Shown here: positions 50,782 through 59,451 of the stretch, piece by piece
Layout of the letters: the number at the start of each line of letters is the position of its first letter
Numbering within the stretch: the stretch's first letter is position 1
NCBI GenBank assembly: GCA_009775375.1
Contig: VSPO01000002.1
Location: forward strand, 3,593 to 67,592
Source of the DNA: Muribaculaceae bacterium
Lineage (GTDB): Bacteria > Bacteroidota > Bacteroidia > Bacteroidales > Muribaculaceae
Length of the DNA stretch: 64,000 nt
Direction of reading: 5' to 3'
The notes under the pieces: generated by a model
Seen by the model: only the letters and a program-made list of their open reading frames with translations
Databases searched by the model: none
Told to the model about the DNA's origin: nothing
Made by a program: the position numbers and the translations under genes

Positions 50782-52059
50782 CTACGTGGCGGCTCTCTTT
50801 AAAGCCTGGTTGCCGAATCGGCAATACAGGCATTTGCGAGGGTCGCAATATTCTTTTTTAAGATGGATGAGGGCTTGCGAGCGCATGGCGTCGGAGGCTT
50901 TCATTCCCAAGCCTTGCCAAAGTCGGGTGATGGCGTTGGCTTCCGGAGGAAGGGAGGAAAGCAGCCTGAATGCTGAATCCATCATGTCGGTGTCGCCGGT
51001 GATGGCCCCTTTTGCATATATGATCGGAGCCACGGCATTAATGAGAAGAAGGGTTATGCTTGTATTGGAAAGTGTGTCTGATATCGAGCGGGCATCCACA
51101 TCGAAGGAGAAATGGTCGTGCCAATATCCGTCAAGACGCCATTCAAACAGTTTCCGAAGCTCTTGTTCGTTGCCTTTGCAATCGAGGATTCTCGAAAGGA
51201 GCGCGAATCCTCCCTCACAGGCCTTTGCAAGAAATGCTATTCGTCGGTGGGGGAAATTCTGCGGGCGGGTGCGTGAATATTTCCATTGCCCCGGCCGCAT
51301 GGGTCGGAGTCCGTATTTTCTGGCTAGGAAATAGTATTCTCGGCAGAGATATTGGTAGTATTCATCGAAAATATGGAGGGAAGAATCAAGCATGGCGGCC
51401 TGTCCGAAAAGTATAGCCTGGATTTGGAGGGGGTTGTCGCTGTGATGATGGAGAATTTTCAGGGCCACGGAGCGGGCGAGCAATTCAAATGGGTCGCCGT
51501 TAAGCCCGAAGCCGAATGCCCTGGCGAGGACCACGAAGCAGGTCTGTTCCCAGTCCATTCCACACGTCTTGCATATTTCATAAGCCTTCATGGCTTTGGC
51601 CTGCAGGCGTTCCACGGCGAGCGTTTCGAGCCAATCGGTCAGGGTCAGGGATGGAAGGTCGTGCAGAAAGTCGCCGCATCTGATGTCGTCGGCGTTGAGC
51701 GACAAATGGGAATACGTGCGGAAGAAATTCTCCGGCAGGGTGATTTCCACCTGAGGAATAATCGAGCCGTCGGAACGCGTGACCCTCCGGTCGGAGACCC
51801 CTACGACGTGAAGGATTATGGAGTCGTAGGCCGGGTCGTTTTGATGTCCGTGGCGATACCAATCGGATGCTTTCACATGGATTTCAACGTTTCCGGCCCA
51901 TTCCGTGTCGCCGATTCTGACTTTGGAGTTAAAGAAGTCGGGGCCGGCGTCAGTGTTGAGCCGGCCGGGGTCGATGACGGTGATGTCTTGTCCGCCGGCC
52001 TCCTTAAGGTTTTTGCCAAACATTCTCGACTTCCAAAGATATTGGTATAGTTTCTCCAT
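50782..52059 (-). CDS. DUF2851 family protein
   Basis: MEKLYQYLW, GPDFFN, GNVEIH, RPQNFP and a terminal C..C.FG. Confidence 0.85.
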   Translation of the reverse strand: MEKLYQYLWKSRMFGKNLKEAGGQDITVIDPGRLNTDAGPDFFNSKVRIGDTEWAGNVEIHVKASDWYRHGHQNDPAYDSIILHVVGVSDRRVTRSDGSIIPQVEITLPENFFRTYSHLSLNADDIRCGDFLHDLPSLTLTDWLETLAVERLQAKAMKAYEICKTCGMDWEQTCFVVLARAFGFGLNGDPFELLARSVALKILHHHSDNPLQIQAILFGQAAMLDSSLHIFDEYYQYLCREYYFLARKYGLRPMRPGQWKYSRTRPQNFPHRRIAFLAKACEGGFALLSRILDCKGNEQELRKLFEWRLDGYWHDHFSFDVDARSISDTLSNTSITLLLINAVAPIIYAKGAITGDTDMMDSAFRLLSSLPPEANAITRLWQGLGMKASDAMRSQALIHLKKEYCDPRKCLYCRFGNQALKRAAT

Positions 52060-52207
52060 AGAATCGTTGTATGCCCTATCTCGACTTGCGAAATATGCAG
52101 ATTGCGAATTATAATGCAAAAGTAGCGATTTTCTACTTAATAATTGTTAATTTCGCCAAAAAACGACTATAAACTTTGATTTTACCCTTAATTAGCCTTA
52201 ACTTTGC

Positions 52208-52284
52208 ATAGTGTTTTTCATAGTATAATTAAGATTAAGGTTTCGGTCTATTTCTTTGTGAAAAGAGATAGGCCTTTTATTTTT
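52208..52284 (+). ncRNA. Candidate sRNA of about 75 nt, paralog B
   Basis: TTTG, 20 bp, TAACTTTG (52175-52206), then gtgtttttcatagtat...ttaaggt, a terminator stem ggtctatttcttt / aaagagataggcc and a U-run. Confidence 0.65.
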
Positions 52285-52334
52285 GCTGTCGTTTAATGGC
52301 TAATGCCGTCTTATCGGCAGAGACGTATCGACAT

Positions 52335-52488
52335 AACAAACGAGGCTCTATCAAAAGAATATTGTAGGGACATGCCTTTGGCATGTTGGACTTTACTCGT
52401 CTGTCAACCAGCAACATGCCAAAGTAATGTCCCTACATCCTCTGGTATTCTCCTGTGATTCATCTATTTTGACACAGCCTCGTTTGTT
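52335..52488. mobile_element. MITE-like element containing a GTAG-type REP inverted pair
   Basis: Outer inverted repeats 20/22 (52335-56 and 52467-88); inner inverted repeats 24/26 (52363-88 and 52412-37). Confidence 0.65.
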
Positions 52489-52493
52489 CCGTC

Positions 52494-54155
52494 TCAGCGT
52501 GTGTAAAGGAAGCGCTTTATGCTCCTTTTCGGGGTTTTCTCAAATTCGTTGGGCATTAGCACGATTTTGGCGATTTTTTCATAGGGCGCCACTATCTTGT
52601 TGAGTTCAGTGCGGACATTTTCCATTGTGCTGTCCATGTCGGAGATTGATATCCCAAGTTTGTCGGCAGCCTCAAAGTCGGGATATACAAGGGCGGTCAG
52701 TTTTCCGTCGCGATCCACCACAAGACTTTCCGAGACGAAAGGCATGTTGTTGAGTTTTGCCTCGATTTCTTCGGGATAGATATTCTGTCCCGAGGCTGAA
52801 AGAATCATGGTCTTTGAGCGTCCGCGCAGAAAGAGTGTCCCGTCGGGCGTGCGGGTTCCCATGTCGCCCGTATGGAGCCATCCCTCGCCGTCGATGACGG
52901 CTGCTGTGGCCTCCGGATTCTTGAAATATCCAAGCATACGGTTGGTGCCCCTGACGCAGATTTCCCCCGGGATGTTTTCCGGATCGGGAGAATCAATTTT
53001 GCTTTCCATTATCGGAAGCGTCCGTCCCGACGAACCGACCACGAATTTCCTCCATGGAGTGTAGGATATGAGCGGGCCGCATTCCGTCATGCCGTAGCCG
53101 ACTGTGAATGGGAATTTGATTTTGTGGAGAAACTCCTCCACCTCGTGATTGAGAGGGGCTCCGCCGACTATGACCTCTTCAAATTCCCCGCCGAAGGCGT
53201 CGATAAGTTTTTTGCGTATCTTGGAATATATGAGCGAGTCGAGAAAAGGCACGGCAAGCGTCCAGCGCATTGTCCCTTTCGAGATCATTGGCAGAATCTG
53301 GTTCTTATAGATTTTCTCAAGGATGAGGGGCACGCATATGACAAGATTTGGCCTGACGTCGGCCAGTGCCTTAAGTAGCACGCGTGGCGAGGGGGTCTTG
53401 CATAGAAGGGTGATGTGGGAGCCTGTGGCGAGAGGGGTCAACATGTCGAAGGCGCACCCGTAGGCGTGGGCCAGCGGAAGGAAAGCCAAGGCTCGCGAGT
53501 TGCGGAAATGAAGCTCGGAGTTTATGCCGAAGCAGACATTCCCTGAAAGGTTTTCCCCCGTCAGCATCACCCCCTTGGAAAATCCGGTGGTCCCGGAGGT
53601 GTAGTTTATCTCGGCCACTTCTTTGTTGTCTCTGTCGATATATTTCACGTCGTGGCTCGTATATCCGTCGGGATATTTCCTGTTGAACCGGCGTTTCAGC
53701 AGGCGTATGTGCCGCTGCATTTCTACGTCGGCCATCTCATGAAGCACGTTGCGGGTTTCCAGACTCAAGACCCCTTTGACGTTGAGAAGGGCTTCCGGCT
53801 CTATATGTTCCCAGATGCTGTCGGAGACGATAAGAAGCTTAGCTTCAGAGTGGTTGACGATGTGGGTTATGTCGAGGGGATTGAATTCAGAAAGAATAGG
53901 CACGATGACGGCTCCATAAGTGACGGTCGCCATGTAGGCCTTTACCCAGTCGGCCGAGTCTTTTCCGCAGAGCGCGATTTTGTCGCCCGGCAGAATGCCG
54001 AGCGATTCAAACAAGACGTGGGTTAGGGCTATGGAGGTGGCGAAATCTCCATACGTCATCATATTGCGCTTCCCGTATTCCGACAGGCAGGGGAGGTCCC
54101 AGTTCTCTATGAAACTTTTCTCATAGATTTTAATGAAGTTCTGTAATTTTATCAT
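52494..54155 (-). CDS. Long-chain acyl-CoA ligase (AMP-binding)
   Basis: YTSGTTGFSKG, GYGMTE, TGD, SGQNIYPEEIE. Start at MIKLQ. Confidence 0.9.
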   Translation of the reverse strand: MIKLQNFIKIYEKSFIENWDLPCLSEYGKRNMMTYGDFATSIALTHVLFESLGILPGDKIALCGKDSADWVKAYMATVTYGAVIVPILSEFNPLDITHIVNHSEAKLLIVSDSIWEHIEPEALLNVKGVLSLETRNVLHEMADVEMQRHIRLLKRRFNRKYPDGYTSHDVKYIDRDNKEVAEINYTSGTTGFSKGVMLTGENLSGNVCFGINSELHFRNSRALAFLPLAHAYGCAFDMLTPLATGSHITLLCKTPSPRVLLKALADVRPNLVICVPLILEKIYKNQILPMISKGTMRWTLAVPFLDSLIYSKIRKKLIDAFGGEFEEVIVGGAPLNHEVEEFLHKIKFPFTVGYGMTECGPLISYTPWRKFVVGSSGRTLPIMESKIDSPDPENIPGEICVRGTNRMLGYFKNPEATAAVIDGEGWLHTGDMGTRTPDGTLFLRGRSKTMILSASGQNIYPEEIEAKLNNMPFVSESLVVDRDGKLTALVYPDFEAADKLGISISDMDSTMENVRTELNKIVAPYEKIAKIVLMPNEFEKTPKRSIKRFLYTR

Positions 54156-54198
54156 TGGCCTGCTTTTAGGTTGATTAAGAGATTGCTGCCTCAGGCAA

Positions 54199-55374
54199 TC
54201 AAAGGGCGAGTCGGTAGATTTCCTTGCAGTCGTCCATGGAGAGAGGCATGTAGTTGCCCAATGTGTCGCCAATATTGTGGCGCAGGCTCTCCACCATGGC
54301 GTCGATATCCGGTTCTTCCCCGATCAGCTCGCGTAGTGAGGTGGTCAGTCCGAGATCGTTGTAGAATTGCTTGAGTGTGCTTATTCCGTGGGCTATTATG
54401 TGGTCGGTGTCGAGCCCTTGCGGATTTACGCTCATGACGTTGATGGCGAATTTCCAGGCCATGTCAGGATTGCGTTTTGCAACGTAAAGAAGCCAGGCCG
54501 GAAAGATACATGCCAGCCCTGCGCCGTGGGCTACGTTGTAGAACGCCGACACCTCATGCTCAAGCCTGTGGGAAGCCCAGTCCTCCACTTTCCCAACGCC
54601 GCACAATCCGTTGTGGGCAAGACTTCCGGCCCACATTATGTCGGCTCTGGCGTTGTAGTCGTCGGGGTTGACTTTGAGTGTCAAAGCCTGATCCATGATG
54701 TCGCGCATTATGGCCTCTGAATAGGCATTGACGAGCTGTGCCTCTGTATTTGAGAAATATCTCTCAAAAATGTGGCATAACATGTCGGCCACGCCGTATG
54801 CCGTCTGCATCCAGGGTAGCGTCATGGTCAATTCTGGATTCATTATGGCGAAACGGGGGCGGATAAGCTCGGAACCGATAGAAATTTTGTGGATTCCCAA
54901 GTCGTCTTTCTTGGTTATGACCGTTTTGCAGCTTCCTTCACTTCCGGCTGCGGGAATTGTCAGCACTACGCCTATGGGAAGGGAGGCAACCGGAGTTGCC
55001 TTGCCGATGTAGAAATCCCAGAAATCCCCGGAATATACAGCTCCGACTGCAATGGCCTTGGCTGTGTCGATGACTGAGCCTCCGCCAACGGCGAGCATGA
55101 ACGTCACGCCCTCCCTGACGGCCAAACCGATGCCCTCGTAGACGAGGTCGGCCTCCGGATTCGGTTTGACGCCCTTTAATGCCACGTATTCCAGCCCGGA
55201 TGCTGTAAGGGAATCAGTGATTTTCCGGATAAGACCGCTTTTTTCTGCTGATCCGCCTCCATATACGAGCATCACTTTGCCTGCTCCATATCGTTTGAGC
55301 GTCGAGCCGGCTTCGTTTTCGGTGTTTCTGCCAAATATGAATTCTGTGGGAGAATGAAAGATGAAGTTATTCAT
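54199..55374 (-). CDS. Iron-containing alcohol dehydrogenase (butanol dehydrogenase/YqhD-like)
   Basis: GGGSVIDTAK, AAGSE, D..CH..E, H..EH and HGAG. Confidence 0.9.
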   Translation of the reverse strand: MNNFIFHSPTEFIFGRNTENEAGSTLKRYGAGKVMLVYGGGSAEKSGLIRKITDSLTASGLEYVALKGVKPNPEADLVYEGIGLAVREGVTFMLAVGGGSVIDTAKAIAVGAVYSGDFWDFYIGKATPVASLPIGVVLTIPAAGSEGSCKTVITKKDDLGIHKISIGSELIRPRFAIMNPELTMTLPWMQTAYGVADMLCHIFERYFSNTEAQLVNAYSEAIMRDIMDQALTLKVNPDDYNARADIMWAGSLAHNGLCGVGKVEDWASHRLEHEVSAFYNVAHGAGLACIFPAWLLYVAKRNPDMAWKFAINVMSVNPQGLDTDHIIAHGISTLKQFYNDLGLTTSLRELIGEEPDIDAMVESLRHNIGDTLGNYMPLSMDDCKEIYRLAL

Positions 55375-55518
55375 GACAATTGTGTGCGTGCCTTCAATTG
55401 GCACAAGTAAATGTTTGTTGATTCAATTTTTTTATGACATTTCAGCCTTTCAAGTGAAAATGCCTGTAAATAAATAACAATCCTGACCGCAAATTGGATG
55501 AAATTTCAGGCTCTTATT

Positions 55519-55555
55519 AAAAAATAGGTGCGGGCCTGTCAGAAGACCCGCACCC
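55519..55555 (-). terminator. Terminator after the POT transporters
   Basis: ggtgcggg...cccgcacc followed by a U-run on the minus strand. Confidence 0.75.
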
Positions 55556-55577
55556 TTAGAGCGCTTTCTTTAAATTA

Positions 55578-57293
55578 TCATACCTCTACTTCCGATGCCA
55601 CTTTTTCGCCATCGGCTGCCTGGGCGATGGCCGGCTGGTCGGAAGTCGCGGCCTCCAGTTTCTTCATGATGGAGAAGATGAAGGCTGCGGAGAGCAGACA
55701 GATTACGGCAAGAATGATCCAAAGCATCCATACGGGAATCTTGCCCCATAGAATCATGGGGATTGACACCAGATAATTGCCTACGGCGGTGGCCACAAAC
55801 CATCCACCCATCATCGAGCCTTTGAGTTTCGGGGGAGCAACCTTGCTGACAAACGAGATGCCCATAGGGGAGAGCAGCAGCTCGGCGAATGTCAGAAGGA
55901 GATAGGTCGTGATAAGCCAATTGGGCGATACTGCGCCGTTGATGCCCGAGCCAAGCTGGAACGAGCCCAGCATCATGAAGCCGTAGGCTACGGCTGCCAT
56001 GACCATGCCGTAGCCGATCTTGCGCGGTGCCGACGGCTCTTTCTTGCGGTTGGCAAGATAGCCGAAGATGGCGAGTGATACAGGGGTCAATGCCACGACA
56101 TAGAAGGGATTGAATTGCTGGTATTGCTGTGGCTGTATGCCTGTCACAGGGTCGGGGGTATACTGATAGAAGAAATACAGACCGACGGCAACCGCAAGGA
56201 TGATTCCTCCGGATATGAGTTTCCCTTTATTGGTCTTCGATTGGAAGAGGGAGAAAAGGGCATAGACTCCGACTGCGATTGTCGCAAGCGCCCATACGTT
56301 GAAGCCGATACGGGTGGCTCCTGTCGATTCGGGGGCGGTGCAGCTCTTTGCAAACTCAGTGAGCGTGGCTCCGTTCTGATGGAACACCATCCAGAAGAAT
56401 ATGACCACCGTGAAGACGAGAAGAAGCGCGATGACACGCGATTTTGTCTGTGCCGGGGTAAGCTCCGGTCCGGTTCCCGCTGCTGCCTTTGCTGCCGCGT
56501 TTTTCTTGTCGACAAGCACTTCGCGGAAGGCCGGACGTCCAAGCCAATACACAAGGAAGGAGAAGACGAGTGAGATACAAGCCACTCCGAAGCCATAGCC
56601 ATAGCCGGTGGAGATGACTCTGATGTATTCAGATGCAAAGTCGGAGAGTGTCTGCCCGGCTGCCATTCCGTTGGCCTGGGCGAGTTCCATGAGATGCGTC
56701 GGATCCTGAAGTGTGCCCGCGATTAGCTGGTTGCATAGGGCGGGAAGCTCGCTATTGTAGGTGAACCCGGCTCTGTCGAGGGCTACGTTGAGCATCGCCG
56801 TGGCCATCATTGGCGCGAACATGGAGCCGATGTTGATTGCCATGTAGAAGATGGAGAAGGCTGAGTCGCGTTGACCCTCCCGCTCAGGGGAATTGTAGAG
56901 GTCGCCCACCATCACTTGAAGGTTGCCCTTGAAGAGACCCGTGCCGCAGGATATGAGGAACAGACCCCCGATAAGCACCCAGAGCGGGGCATTGTTGCCC
57001 GTGAACCATGGGGCCACGAGCGACATCACGAGATAGCCGAACAGCATCACGAAGATGCCGGTCACGACGCATTTGGAAAAGCTCCACTTGTCGGCTATGA
57101 CTCCGCCGATGAGAGGCATGAAATAGACCACCGCCAAAAATCCGGCATAGATTTGTCCGGAGATGGTGGCGTCGAATCCGAATTTCGCCTGCAGAAACAG
57201 CAGGAAGATGGCCAGCATGGTGTAGTATCCGAAGCGTTCGCCGGTGTTGGCGAGTGCAAGGACATAGAGGCCGTTGGGTTGTTTTTTAAACAT
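55578..57293 (-). CDS. POT-family peptide MFS transporter
   Basis: ERFGYY, GLFKGN, FYMAINIGS, ELLLSP. Confidence 0.9.
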   Translation of the reverse strand: MFKKQPNGLYVLALANTGERFGYYTMLAIFLLFLQAKFGFDATISGQIYAGFLAVVYFMPLIGGVIADKWSFSKCVVTGIFVMLFGYLVMSLVAPWFTGNNAPLWVLIGGLFLISCGTGLFKGNLQVMVGDLYNSPEREGQRDSAFSIFYMAINIGSMFAPMMATAMLNVALDRAGFTYNSELPALCNQLIAGTLQDPTHLMELAQANGMAAGQTLSDFASEYIRVISTGYGYGFGVACISLVFSFLVYWLGRPAFREVLVDKKNAAAKAAAGTGPELTPAQTKSRVIALLLVFTVVIFFWMVFHQNGATLTEFAKSCTAPESTGATRIGFNVWALATIAVGVYALFSLFQSKTNKGKLISGGIILAVAVGLYFFYQYTPDPVTGIQPQQYQQFNPFYVVALTPVSLAIFGYLANRKKEPSAPRKIGYGMVMAAVAYGFMMLGSFQLGSGINGAVSPNWLITTYLLLTFAELLLSPMGISFVSKVAPPKLKGSMMGGWFVATAVGNYLVSIPMILWGKIPVWMLWIILAVICLLSAAFIFSIMKKLEAATSDQPAIAQAADGEKVASEVEV

Positions 57294-57319
57294 ATGATTC
57301 GGTTGTAGACTGTCGGTTT

Positions 57320-58843
57320 TTACTTTGTTACCCTCTCAAGCCAGTTGACCATGGAGAACATGATTCCCATCGACACGACGCAGACGGTCAGGAAGACTGT
57401 CCATGCCACCCATATCGGGCAGGCGTTGTAGATAAGCGGACCGATCCAGAGAAGAAGGTTGCCCACGGCTGTCGCTCCGAGCCATAGCCCTTGGCAAAGA
57501 CCCTGAAGATGCTTGGGTGCTACCTTGGAGACGAATGAAAGACCCAACGGAGATATGAAGAGCTCGGCCACAGTCAGGAAGAAGTAGAGCACGAAGAGCA
57601 CCCACGGGCCTGTCTTCATCATTTCTGCCTCGGCGGGGGGAAGAGCCTTGAATGCCTCGGCGGAGGGATAGCCTTCAATCAGCGAGAAGACTGCGAGGAA
57701 AATATAGGCAAGACCTGCCAGACCCATGCCGATGGCAATCTTGCGGGGAGTGGATATCTCCTTGCCTCTACGTGACAGGGCTGAGAAAAGCCACATCACG
57801 ACCGGAGTCAATACTATTACGTAGAATGGATTGAGGGCTTGCCAGATCTCAGGCTGCACGGAGTCGGTCTTCACGAAGTCGCGGGCGAACAGGGAAAGCG
57901 ACGTGCCGTTCTGATGGAAGGAGAACCAGAAGAAAATTGCGATGCCAAGCACGGCGAAGAGGGCATACATGCGCTGCTTGATCTCTTTTGCCATGCGGGC
58001 CTTCTCCTCGGCCGTATATTGCACTGTCTCCTCCTTTGCTTTCTTCGAAGGGGAGGGAAGCTGGCTCTTAGTGGCAAGGAAGATGCCCAACGAAAGGAGC
58101 ATTGCGGCCACCGACGCTATGAATGAATAATGGATGCCTGTGTTGAAGACGTTGAGATAGGTCGTGCAGAATTCTGAAAGGTTGCCGGCGGCGTTGCCTC
58201 CAACCTCCGTCACGAGTGTGTAGAGGTTGTTGAGGTTTTGGGAATTCATGCTGTCGGTCACGCTCAGGTATTCGTGGCAGAGAGCCGGGAGCGACGCATT
58301 GTAGATAAATCCGTTCTCACCGAGCCACCAGCTACGCAGCATCGGAGCCACAAACGGGGCAATAAGGCCGCCGATATTGATAAAGACATAGAAAATCTGA
58401 AAGCCGGAGTCGCGCTGCGAGGCGTAGCGGGGATTGTCGTAGAGCTGGCCTACCATCGCCTGGAGGTTTCCTTTGAAAAGACCGTTGCCAAAGGCTATCA
58501 GGAACAGCGCGGCGCACGTCAGGGCGAGAAGCCAGGTCTGGTTGTCGGCCGTGGCGAAAATCGGGAATGCAAGCACGATATATCCTATCGTCATGATGCA
58601 GAGACCCGAAATGATGGTGCCTTTGTAGTTCTGGGTCTTGTCGGCGATAAGGCCGCCGACGAGGCTTAACACGTAGATTCCGGCATAGAAGCAGGAATAG
58701 ATAATGGCGCTGGTCTCCTCGTTGAGCCCGAATTTCGAGCAGAGGAAAAGAACGAGCACCGCATTCATGATGTAGTAGCCGAAACGCTCGCCCATGTTGC
58801 TGAGGGCAGCCGGGATCAGGCCTTTGGGTTGGTTCTTAAACAT
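57320..58843 (-). CDS. POT-family peptide MFS transporter (tandem paralog)
   Basis: ERFGYY, GLFKGN, FYVFINIGG, ELFISP. Confidence 0.9.
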   Translation of the reverse strand: MFKNQPKGLIPAALSNMGERFGYYIMNAVLVLFLCSKFGLNEETSAIIYSCFYAGIYVLSLVGGLIADKTQNYKGTIISGLCIMTIGYIVLAFPIFATADNQTWLLALTCAALFLIAFGNGLFKGNLQAMVGQLYDNPRYASQRDSGFQIFYVFINIGGLIAPFVAPMLRSWWLGENGFIYNASLPALCHEYLSVTDSMNSQNLNNLYTLVTEVGGNAAGNLSEFCTTYLNVFNTGIHYSFIASVAAMLLSLGIFLATKSQLPSPSKKAKEETVQYTAEEKARMAKEIKQRMYALFAVLGIAIFFWFSFHQNGTSLSLFARDFVKTDSVQPEIWQALNPFYVIVLTPVVMWLFSALSRRGKEISTPRKIAIGMGLAGLAYIFLAVFSLIEGYPSAEAFKALPPAEAEMMKTGPWVLFVLYFFLTVAELFISPLGLSFVSKVAPKHLQGLCQGLWLGATAVGNLLLWIGPLIYNACPIWVAWTVFLTVCVVSMGIMFSMVNWLERVTK

Positions 58844-58906
58844 TGGTGATGGTTTTTGGTGTTAGTTTCTATTGATTCTTACTGTGAAGGCCGATGCGAG
58901 CTGGCC

Positions 58907-59335
58907 TTATTTATTGTCGAGCATCTTGAAGGCCATGGCGTAGTTGTGGATTTGCTTCACCATTGCCACCAATCCGTTGCTGCGGGTCGGGGAGAGATGC
59001 TCCTTAAGCCCGATTTTGTCTACGAAATATAGGTCGGCGTTAAGGATTTCGTCGGGGGTGCGGTCGTCGAGCACTCTCATCAACAGGGCCACGATTCCTT
59101 TGACGATTAATGCGTCGGAATCAGCCTCAAAATGTATTCTGCCGTCGTCGAGTCGATGGGCCGTGATCCATACCCTGCTCTGGCATCCCTCGATAAGGTT
59201 GGCCGGGGTTTTCTCATTCTCCGGAAAATCCGGAAGGGTGTTGCCAAGGTCGATTATGTATGCGTAGCGGTCCATCCAATCGGTCAGCCCCTCAAACTCT
59301 TCGATAATCTCGTCCTGCACTTCGTTTATTGTCAT
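58907..59335 (-). CDS. sufE: Fe-S assembly sulfur acceptor SufE
   Basis: GCQSRVW, DSDA.IVKG, LSPTRSNG. Confidence 0.9.
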   Translation of the reverse strand: MTINEVQDEIIEEFEGLTDWMDRYAYIIDLGNTLPDFPENEKTPANLIEGCQSRVWITAHRLDDGRIHFEADSDALIVKGIVALLMRVLDDRTPDEILNADLYFVDKIGLKEHLSPTRSNGLVAMVKQIHNYAMAFKMLDNK

Positions 59336-59451
59336 AACGCTATCTTTTTTAATTCAAGAATAGGGAATATCTGCATTCCTCCTTACGATATGCAAATTTA
59401 AACAAAAAATTCGGGATTTTAACTTCTGCGAAAGAAAAAAAGAGAAATGGT

